Below are positions 56,892 to 64,000 of a stretch of 64,000 nt of DNA, in pieces. Position numbers and translations under genes: made by a program. The notes beneath the pieces were generated by a model. That model did no database searches. It was not told where the DNA came from and saw only the letters and a list, made by a program, of their open reading frames with translations. The DNA is from Chryseolinea sp. (GTDB lineage: Bacteria; Bacteroidota; Bacteroidia; Cytophagales; Cyclobacteriaceae). The stretch is taken from contig JBGSJE010000016.1 in assembly GCA_041742155.1 (NCBI GenBank), positions 248,293-312,292 on the forward strand, read 5' to 3'. The number at the start of each line of letters is the position of its first letter. The stretch's first letter is position 1.

Positions 56892-58157
56892 CTATTGATT
56901 GATGGTTTTTGCCTTTACCCGCGTGAGGTAGTCAGCAGGATTAAGAGGATCAAATGAGACTTTATCGATCTCCAGTGCAAATGGCTTCATGTCGTCCGAT
57001 GGAACTTTGATCTTCATGCTGGATGCCACTTCCCTGTACAGGTCCTGGAGGATGATTTTGTCGGCAATGGCTTTGTAATCCGGTGCCTCCTTCAGATAAT
57101 CGAATCGCACAAATTGAGACATGAACCAGATCGCGTGCGACTTCCTGGGGAAATTTGCTTCACCGCCGCGATGGAACAGCATATAGTCGTCGGTATAAAT
57201 TTCCGTTCCCTGGTCGCATCCCAGATTATAATCTCCCATTAACCTGGCTTCGATAACATCGGCTGGTGCATTCACGTAAGGCGTCTTACCGATCACTTCA
57301 GCAGCCTTTTTTCTGTTTGCTCGGTTATCGAGCCATTTACATGCCTCCATAACAGCTTTCATGACGTTTTTCAGGTCCTCACGTCGTTTCTCACTGAATT
57401 CCGAATTTACCACCAGCGCTTTTTCAGGGTGGTGTTTCCATATATCCTGTGACGATATCTCGGTAAATCCAACATTCTGTTTTACTGCAACACCGTTCCA
57501 CGGTTCGCCTACGCAGTACCCATCCATGTTTCCGACTTTCATATTGGCGACCATTTGAGGCGGAGGTATGGTGATGATCCGTGACGTTTTCTGACTTACA
57601 CCGGCCGCAGCGAGCCAGGTCCGGAGCCAGATGTCGTGGGTTCCACCCGGGAATGTCATCGCGAACGTAACTTCTTTTTCCGCTTTAAGTTTGGCAGCCA
57701 CAACACCGGCTACTTTGTTCGTTTGCTTGAAGCCCACTTTTCCGCAAAAATCCTTCGATAGTGAAATAGCCTGGCCGTTGTTGCTTAATACCATAGCGAT
57801 CTTCATCTCCGAACCTTGTTTCCCCCCTACTCCGGTGTAAACCGAAAAAGGCATGCTGAACAGGCAATGAGCGCCCTCGAGTTCACCCGTGAGGATCTTG
57901 TCGCGCACGTTTGCCCAGGATGCTTCCTTTGACACCACAACGTTCACTCCGTATTTCTCGAATAAGCCAAGTTCTTTGGCCATCACAATCGGGGCACAGT
58001 CCGTAAGCGGAATAATCCCTAACCGGATAACCTCCTTGTCCGCGATATTCTCTCTTACCGGGGCAGCAGATAGCAGCATCATCAGCAACATGGGGAGAAT
58101 TGCTATTCGCGCAATGGATCTTTTCGAGACTGATTTTATAGAGATTGAGTTTTTCAT
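56892..58157 (-). CDS. nrtA: CmpA/NrtA-family nitrate ABC substrate-binding protein
   Basis: 421 aa. LGIIPLTDCAPIVMAKELGLFEKYG and GYCVGEPWN motifs are typical of NrtA/CmpA. Confidence 0.8.
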   Translation of the reverse strand: MKNSISIKSVSKRSIARIAILPMLLMMLLSAAPVRENIADKEVIRLGIIPLTDCAPIVMAKELGLFEKYGVNVVVSKEASWANVRDKILTGELEGAHCLFSMPFSVYTGVGGKQGSEMKIAMVLSNNGQAISLSKDFCGKVGFKQTNKVAGVVAAKLKAEKEVTFAMTFPGGTHDIWLRTWLAAAGVSQKTSRIITIPPPQMVANMKVGNMDGYCVGEPWNGVAVKQNVGFTEISSQDIWKHHPEKALVVNSEFSEKRREDLKNVMKAVMEACKWLDNRANRKKAAEVIGKTPYVNAPADVIEARLMGDYNLGCDQGTEIYTDDYMLFHRGGEANFPRKSHAIWFMSQFVRFDYLKEAPDYKAIADKIILQDLYREVASSMKIKVPSDDMKPFALEIDKVSFDPLNPADYLTRVKAKTINQ

Positions 58158-58172
58158 GGTCGGTTTATGTTT

Positions 58173-59552
58173 TTATTTGATAATAAGGTCGGCGGGTTTG
58201 ATGGCGATCATCAGGTAAGCCCATGTGGATACATCGTCGGCGCGTGTTACGTTCTTCACTTTGGCAGATGCCATGGTGTCTGATGAAAACATCGTGGAGT
58301 ATCCACCTTCAAGGGCGATCGCTTTTGTGAGGGAATAATTGACGACGAAATCTATTTCAGTTCCCAGGCCCTTGTCCATTTCCAATCCATCCTGACCTGT
58401 TACGGCGTTGGGTAATGCGAAATAGTGAGCGTCTAATGAAAATGTGAGATTATCCTTTGCTTTGTATTTCGACTTCAGGTAATAATTCACCAGACCGTTT
58501 GCTCCAAACCCGTCAGCCACATAGAAATAGTCCATATATCCCCAGAACTTATGCGGTGTTCCATACAGGGGATCAAAACGCTGAAATTTTTTCGTTGCAT
58601 CCGATCCATTGTTTCCCGACGTCACATCAACTCCCGGCCCTACGCTAAGCTTTCTTCCAACGGCATACGATGTGGACACCGACAGAAAGTACTCATCGAG
58701 CGACGTACCTTCGCGGTATTTGCCGCCCTGATAAAATGCACTGAGGGCGAATCCCAGTTTTCTCAATGTCGTTCCAAAAAGATTTGCGCCAACCGTGTAG
58801 CGGCTATTGACTCCGCGATCGTAAATAGGTGTTGTTTTATTTACATCGGCTGCTGCATAATGGAATTTGCTGAAGTCGTCCTTAAAGAACAGAAAGGAGG
58901 CATTCCCAAAGTGAAGTTTCCTGCCAACGTATAAGAACTGCATGGATTTATACATGGCGCCCATTCCATTTGTGCTCGCCGCATAACCCGACGGCACGCC
59001 ATTATAGATCGTATTTGATTTGCGTTCGGCATTTTGATTGTACGCAGCGCCAAGGTGAGCGGTAAATCCTTTGTGTTCGAATTTCAAAAGGGCTGCGTCA
59101 TGTCTCCTTGCCTGTTGCAGCCAGTCCAGATTTCCCAGGAGCCTGACGTCGTCGTATACCAGTTCCTGGCGACCAACCTTGAGTGAAAAATTCTTTATTA
59201 CTTTTCCCGTATCGACAAGGCTGATCTCCGCCCAGGCTTCATGGATCATGAGTCCGTCATTTGCGTCGGCTGTAATTCTGTTCACCGAAGATGCGTCCTG
59301 ACCCCACACGCGAACATCCTGTACGGAAGCATAGACCTTGAACCGGTATCCGGAATAACCGAAGTTAAGGCGTGTACGTTGTGATGTAAAGAAAGCCGCC
59401 GCTGTATCGGCGACTTGTGGAGTACCCTGACCGTTACGCAACTCGGACCGGGTCCTTAGCTGCCCGGAAACTGTGAATTGCGCTGTAACCGTTCGTGTAA
59501 TGCAAAGGCAAAAAAGAAGGGTTAGGATTGGTATGTATACGTTCTTATCCAT
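58173..59552 (-). CDS. Alginate-export-family outer membrane beta-barrel porin
   Basis: Signal peptide followed by SGQLRTRSELRNGQG... and alternating beta-strand pattern. C-terminal aromatic-rich strand. Confidence 0.7.
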   Translation of the reverse strand: MDKNVYIPILTLLFCLCITRTVTAQFTVSGQLRTRSELRNGQGTPQVADTAAAFFTSQRTRLNFGYSGYRFKVYASVQDVRVWGQDASSVNRITADANDGLMIHEAWAEISLVDTGKVIKNFSLKVGRQELVYDDVRLLGNLDWLQQARRHDAALLKFEHKGFTAHLGAAYNQNAERKSNTIYNGVPSGYAASTNGMGAMYKSMQFLYVGRKLHFGNASFLFFKDDFSKFHYAAADVNKTTPIYDRGVNSRYTVGANLFGTTLRKLGFALSAFYQGGKYREGTSLDEYFLSVSTSYAVGRKLSVGPGVDVTSGNNGSDATKKFQRFDPLYGTPHKFWGYMDYFYVADGFGANGLVNYYLKSKYKAKDNLTFSLDAHYFALPNAVTGQDGLEMDKGLGTEIDFVVNYSLTKAIALEGGYSTMFSSDTMASAKVKNVTRADDVSTWAYLMIAIKPADLIIK

Positions 59553-59701
59553 AGATTTGATTGTTTAGTTTAAACCGCTAAATAGTTGTCCCCGGGAAGA
59601 ATTCGCAGTTCCGAACGGGGACTCTTTCGTTGGAGGTATTACCTGGTAATCCTCAGACAGTAAATCAGTAAATGGTTATTCCTTTGCCTTTTTAAATTCC
59701 T

Positions 59702-61057
59702 TTAGGTTTTTTCCGCATAGACATAAGCTTCCTTCAACGTGGGTTCGTGCCGTGGTTGAGGGGTACGTGATTCTTCCATAGTATTCCCGAACCGGCTTAC
59801 CAGCAGTGATACCACGGAAACGACAGACACGGCTATTCCAATAATAAACAGACTTTCGCGATAGGATATGTCGCCGGACTTGAACAGGAAACCGGCGAGA
59901 ACTGCGCCTACATTTCCGCCGGCGCCTACCACGCCTGCTACTGCGCCGACCGCTTTCCTGTTGATAAAAGGTACAACGGAGTAGGTAGCGCCATTCGACA
60001 TTTTAAGAAATAATGCAAAAAGCAACATCGTGGCTATCGCCCAGGATAGCGAGGTCATTTGAGAAAAGATAATGATGCCAAGTCCTTCACAAAGCAGGAA
60101 CAGACCCAGTACCAGTATCCGACCATTTAATCCGAACTTCTTTCCGGCTTTGTCGCCGAAGATCCCGCCCAGCGCGCGTGCAAAAATGTTCATCATTCCA
60201 AAGAGACCGGCGATAATACCCGCTTCTTTCAGCCCCAGTTGAAAATTGTCCACAAAATACAGCGTCGCGATATTATCAATGGTGATTTCGATACCGAAGC
60301 ACGCACCGTATGCCAGAAATAACACCCAGACACGGTAGTCCTTGCACGCGGCGCGGAAGCTCCCTTTTGATTCAGCTATTTTTGCCTTGAACTCCGGATT
60401 GTTCTTCCTCAGTTCCGCCAGGTTACCCGATGGAGTATCCTGCGTGAAAAAAAAGTATACGAAGCCCATGGCAAACAGTGCGACACCCGGAACCACCATC
60501 GCATATCGCCAGGCTTCCTCGTCGAGATAACCGGCGCCGACAAACGCAGCAAAAATGAGCGGCATTACCATGAGCGTGGCGCCACCGCCCATATTTCCCC
60601 AACCTGCCACCGTTGCGTTTGCAGTACCCACCACGTTAGGTGCAAACATCACCGACGTGTGATACTGCGTTACGACGAAAGAGGCTCCAATAACGCCGAT
60701 CGCAAGCCTGAATAACAGGAAGGTCTCGTAAGACTGGCTTACGCCGATAAACATCACAGGGATAGAGCCAATAATGAGCAACAGCGTATAGCAGATCCGT
60801 GGTCCAATGCGATCACACAACCAACCGATAAGAAGGCGCGCGAAAACGGTGATCGCCACCGAAGCAATGATAATATTCCCGATCTGTTCCTGGGTAAGGC
60901 CAAGATCTTTCCGCACAACGGGCATCAGGGGGGCAATACCAAACCAGCCAAAGAAGCACAGGAAAAACGTAATCCATGTAATGTGAAATGCCCGCATCGG
61001 TGGTGTCTTAAAATCGAGCAGGTTAATCTTGGTTGCTTTGTTTACGGGCGTCATCAT
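59702..61057 (-). CDS. narK: NarK/NasA-family MFS nitrate/nitrite transporter
   Basis: 451 aa, 12 TMs. GWFGIAPLMPVV and GNMGGG / AGGNVGA nitrate-signature-like glycine motifs. Confidence 0.85.
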   Translation of the reverse strand: MMTPVNKATKINLLDFKTPPMRAFHITWITFFLCFFGWFGIAPLMPVVRKDLGLTQEQIGNIIIASVAITVFARLLIGWLCDRIGPRICYTLLLIIGSIPVMFIGVSQSYETFLLFRLAIGVIGASFVVTQYHTSVMFAPNVVGTANATVAGWGNMGGGATLMVMPLIFAAFVGAGYLDEEAWRYAMVVPGVALFAMGFVYFFFTQDTPSGNLAELRKNNPEFKAKIAESKGSFRAACKDYRVWVLFLAYGACFGIEITIDNIATLYFVDNFQLGLKEAGIIAGLFGMMNIFARALGGIFGDKAGKKFGLNGRILVLGLFLLCEGLGIIIFSQMTSLSWAIATMLLFALFLKMSNGATYSVVPFINRKAVGAVAGVVGAGGNVGAVLAGFLFKSGDISYRESLFIIGIAVSVVSVVSLLVSRFGNTMEESRTPQPRHEPTLKEAYVYAEKT

Positions 61058-61064
61058 TAAATAA

Positions 61065-61151
61065 GTATTTATACGTATAAAACTAAGTAGTATTTAGTAA
61101 AAAATACGTATTAATACGTAAATATTTTAATGTAACGGATTGAATTACGTA
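61065..61151. promoter_or_regulatory. Cluster of TACGTA palindromes and GTA-N4-TAC decamers upstream of narK
   Basis: TACGTA occurs at 61072, 61105, 61115 and 61146. A perfect 16-bp palindrome TACGTATTAATACGTA lies at 61105-61120. GTATTTATAC is at 61065-61074 and GTATTAATAC at 61108-61117, giving a 43-bp spacing. Confidence 0.5.
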
Positions 61152-61578
61152 GAAAATCGTTTGCGAAATCCGGATTGCCGGGACCCCGGCGGTTCAGGAT
61201 GTTAGGGGCAACGACAAAAAACGAAGCAAAACTACCAATGGTCGAAATCTTCCCACGGGAATCCTGATAGGGCCTAGTTTTGATGGAAAATGATTCCAAA
61301 CTGAAAATGACAGACCGATGGCGTGGGATGATTGTCGACCTCGAGTCAACGCTGTTATTGCTGACGATCTGGAACGAACGTCAAAAACATACCGGGTGCA
61401 GATTGACACGAGAACAACATCCGTTGCTGGTTCAGGGGAAAAATCGAGTCGTGGACGGATTCGTTTACGTAAAAAACAGGGCGCTGATGACCACAAATCA
61501 ACTACTCCTTGTTTAATGTCAAAAAATTTTCAATGAGATCAAATTAACGTACCTTTACGGCTGGTTTGCCTTTAGTCT

Positions 61579-63456
61579 ATGAGAAAAAAACATTTTTTTG
61601 CCCTGTTTACGGTCCTTTGTTCGCTCAATTATTCATTCGGGCAAATCAACGCGCACGCAAAGGTCACGGCGATCAGCGGTACATTGCTGACCATTTCCAA
61701 TGTAAATGAAACGTATCACACCTTTGCCGTTGGCGAGGACATTATCATCATGCAAATGCAGGATAACGTTATCGGTGATGTGACGAACTCAAGCACTTTT
61801 GGCGTTCTTGGCTCGATTGGATCGGCGGGGCTTTATGAGCGGAACAGAATTGCCGCAAAAACAGCCACTACCATAACACTCAGTTACGGATTGACCAATT
61901 CTTATAATACAGGAGCAAATTCTTCCGTACAGGTCATTTCTTTTCAGGAATTGGGAACAGGTGGTGCGTTGAATTACGATATGACCGGCAATATAGCTGC
62001 CGTGCCATGGGATGGAAATGTCGGCGGTGTCGTCGCCATGAAAATAACGGGAAGGCTACGCCTTTATGGCGACATAACCGCTAATGGAGCAGGTTTCAGA
62101 GGTGGTGCTGTCTCCGGTGGCACGAACGGCGGGGTCTGCGATAATACGACTTTTATTACGGCTACAACAGATATCTCCGGCGTTAAAGGAGAGGGTATTT
62201 TTAAAAGGACAGCGGCCGGCCAACAGTATGGCAGGGCAAAAATCCTCAATGGTGGTGGCGGCGGAAATGTACACAACGCGGGAGGCGGTGGTGGCGGTAA
62301 CGTTACCTCCGGTGCCGATGGCGGGATCGGCTGGAGCTGTGCCAGTTCGGCCGGTGGACAGGGAGGAATTTCGCTCAGCGCTCATATCAGCAAAACCCGT
62401 GTGTTCATGGGTGGTGGTGGCGGTGGCGGCCATCAAAATAACGGGATCGGTTCAGCGGGTGGAAACGGCGGAGGTATTATTCTGATTTCCGCTGGGACCT
62501 TGAGAAACCGTGGCGGCGGATGCGGTACGCAAACTATTTCCTCCAATGGCACCGCGGCAGCCAACACCGGTAACGATGGGGCTGGAGGGGCCGGAGCAGG
62601 AGGATCTATTATTTTTGACGTGGGCGCCTTCGATGTTTCCGGCGGGTGTGCCGTTACGGTAACAGCCAATGGCGGTGATGGCGGAAGCGTGAACGATGGC
62701 GCCTCACACGGTGGTGGCGGAGGAGGAGGACAGGGCCGGGTGATTTATTCCGGCACTAACCCCGGGAACGTGACGACAAATACCAACAACGGTACTTCCG
62801 GATGCAATGATACATCGTGTGGAGTGAGAGGGGGAGGCAGCCCTGGCGGCACAAACGGATCGGGGATCAGCAACAACAACGGTTCAACACCATTACCGGT
62901 TTCCCTCCTCTATTTTACAGGAGCATATAATACCGAATCCGGAAAAATCGATCTGAAATGGGCAACGGCTACGGAACAAAATAATCATTACTTCACCGTT
63001 GAACGCTCTGCCGATGGATCGGAATGGAACCCGGTTATCCAGGTTCCCGGGAACGGAACAAGCAGTGTCGTGAACCGGTATCAACACGAGGACGGCAAGA
63101 TCTTTGAAAAGTTTTATTACTACCGTCTCTCCCAAACTGACCTTGATAATACAACACAAGTCCTGAAAGTTATTCGTGTGGAAAGTAATGGCGAGGGAAA
63201 TCCCGACATCTGGGTTTACCCTAATCCTGCAAAGCAAAGCGAAAAAATTACGCTCGACCTTGTTCACTTACCATCCGGAATGTACACGATAACGGTCTAC
63301 AATAGCCAGGGAACGGAAGTATCGAGAAAACAGGTTGACGTATCAAGGGCATTTGACTCGACGGAGCTCGATGTGAATAACCTGGCGGCCGGACTTTATA
63401 CCATCCGGATCAACTCTGTTAAATTATCTCTGCTAAGGAAGGCGGTCGTTCAATAA
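61579..63456 (+). CDS. Secreted glycine-rich protein with T9SS type A C-terminal sorting domain
   Basis: Signal peptide. Three G6-8 runs (NGGGGGNVHNAGGGGGGN, MGGGGGGGHQ, HGGGGGGGQ). C-terminus VYPNPA...GMYTITVYNSQG...GLYTIRI is typical of Por secretion tails. Confidence 0.8.
   Translation: MRKKHFFALFTVLCSLNYSFGQINAHAKVTAISGTLLTISNVNETYHTFAVGEDIIIMQMQDNVIGDVTNSSTFGVLGSIGSAGLYERNRIAAKTATTITLSYGLTNSYNTGANSSVQVISFQELGTGGALNYDMTGNIAAVPWDGNVGGVVAMKITGRLRLYGDITANGAGFRGGAVSGGTNGGVCDNTTFITATTDISGVKGEGIFKRTAAGQQYGRAKILNGGGGGNVHNAGGGGGGNVTSGADGGIGWSCASSAGGQGGISLSAHISKTRVFMGGGGGGGHQNNGIGSAGGNGGGIILISAGTLRNRGGGCGTQTISSNGTAAANTGNDGAGGAGAGGSIIFDVGAFDVSGGCAVTVTANGGDGGSVNDGASHGGGGGGGQGRVIYSGTNPGNVTTNTNNGTSGCNDTSCGVRGGGSPGGTNGSGISNNNGSTPLPVSLLYFTGAYNTESGKIDLKWATATEQNNHYFTVERSADGSEWNPVIQVPGNGTSSVVNRYQHEDGKIFEKFYYYRLSQTDLDNTTQVLKVIRVESNGEGNPDIWVYPNPAKQSEKITLDLVHLPSGMYTITVYNSQGTEVSRKQVDVSRAFDSTELDVNNLAAGLYTIRINSVKLSLLRKAVVQ
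62080..62870 (+). repeat. GGN-codon-rich low-complexity coding region (glycine-rich domain)
   Basis: Reiterated ggtggtggcgg / ggcggagg strings. These generate spurious long ORFs on the opposite strand. Confidence 0.8.
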
Positions 63457-63460
63457 GAGG

Positions 63461-63910
63461 TCAGGGCGTCGAAGACTCGACAGGCTTCAGGGCGTGGAGT
63501 GCGATGATGTGCAGGTATTCCTCCGAAAACGTCTCGCGTTCGTGATGCTCCTTCTGGTTTGTTATATATTCAAACACCCGCTGCACCTGCGACTCGCTCA
63601 CGGCAAATGCAGCGTACCCCGCCTGCCACGAAAATTTCTGCTGACACAACCTGTTGTCGTTGATCCAAAAGGACGACCCGCCTTTAACCTTTTTGACTAT
63701 TTCAGCGATCGATCGCGCCGGGTTTTGCAGGAACAGGATGTGAATATGATCAGGCATACCGTTAATAATCCGGCTCGGACAGCCAAGCTCCAGCAACTTT
63801 TCATGGATATAATTATACAACTTCGATTCCAGGGGATGGTCGATCATTGACCGCCCGTTTTTTGTGGCGAAGATAGCGTGCGTCCATAGTTTGGTGTATA
63901 CGTGGCTCAT
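63461..63910 (-). CDS. IS200/IS605-like Y1 (HUH) transposase-domain protein, solitary (RAYT-like)
   Basis: 149 aa. HUH motif MPDHIHILF and a downstream catalytic-Tyr region QAGYAAFAVS...YITNQKEHH. No second IS gene, and no terminal hairpins seen in the about 90 bp available. Confidence 0.7.
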   Translation of the reverse strand: MSHVYTKLWTHAIFATKNGRSMIDHPLESKLYNYIHEKLLELGCPSRIINGMPDHIHILFLQNPARSIAEIVKKVKGGSSFWINDNRLCQQKFSWQAGYAAFAVSESQVQRVFEYITNQKEHHERETFSEEYLHIIALHALKPVESSTP

Positions 63911-64000
63911 AGATCTGAAATTAAGGGCTTTTACCTAACGTGTTGCGGTCAATTTATTCAAAAATTCATCAATTGATTGTAATGTTCGCCACTTTCTGCA

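Noticed and set aside
61334-61345. Adjacent SalI and XhoI sites (GTCGACCTCGAG) reminiscent of a cloning-vector polylinker
   Set aside because: The flanks do not match any polylinker I can recall. A 12-mer can occur by chance, and there is no other sign of vector sequence.
62056-62669. Minus-strand and alternative-frame ORFs (70-133 aa) in the glycine-rich region
   Set aside because: They are artefacts of the GGN-codon repeats, being Pro/Ala/Thr-rich reverse translations. The plus frame is continuous, with a signal peptide and a T9SS tail.
63935-64000. Possible 3' end of a minus-strand gene at the right edge
   Set aside because: Two minus frames are open to the edge for only 14-22 codons, which is too short to support a call.
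1-64000. tRNA, rRNA, CRISPR arrays, prophage genes, toxin-antitoxin pairs or known defence-system genes
   Set aside because: No T-loop-like GGTTCGAATCC strings were seen outside coding context. There were no spaced direct repeats. No nuclease, helicase or methylase combinations were recognisable in the translations. This absence rests on visual inspection only.

Overview
By eye this 64-kb segment is a chromosomal piece of a moderate-GC soil Bacteroidota genome, probably Chitinophagaceae/Sphingobacteriia-like. The taxon is an inference from a T9SS C-terminal sorting domain, an HYC_CC_PP-like gene with CzcA and TolC, and alginate-export-type porins. No rRNA, tRNA, CRISPR array or recognisable defence or phage module was seen.

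Gene content, left to right:
1. A heavy-metal RND efflux locus whose CusA/CzcA gene is split at an A6 run.
2. A Gfo/Idh/MocA oxidoreductase.
3. A tetR-tolC-MFP-RND multidrug-type efflux operon with a repeated operator-like box.
4. An uncharacterised four-gene membrane redox cluster (13.0-15.6 kb). It is built around a fusion of a ferric-reductase-type di-heme transmembrane domain to a Rieske domain.
5. Assorted singletons: SDR, GAF, LysE, GlcG with SMP-30, tandem YHS, FtsX-type permease, VOC, DUF1622, GMC oxidoreductase and a MIP channel.
6. A minus-strand block headed by a PAS-GAF-PAS sigma-54 activator. Downstream lie two 16-bp palindromes, a near-consensus -24/-12 element, then a Cys-less thioredoxin-fold gene, Crp/Fnr, an SDR, a GH63-like gene and a frameshifted glycogen-debranching gene.
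7. A rhamnoside/rhamnose cluster (GH78, YdjC-like, NagB-like, P. stutzeri-type RhaI, FGGY kinase).
8. A 16-kb nitrate-assimilation supercluster: mobA, NR-associated protein, cobA, nirBD, a SiR/NiR-like rubredoxin fusion, a fused NasA-FAD-BFD reductase, nrt ABC genes, a porin and narK. Its two promoter regions share clustered TACGTA palindromes.
9. A glycine-rich T9SS protein and a solitary IS200-like Y1 transposase.

The best candidates for undescribed biology are the Rieske/ferric-reductase cluster, the sigma-54 circuit, the TACGTA boxes and the rubredoxin fusion. All functional calls rest on reading motifs in the translations. No database search was run.
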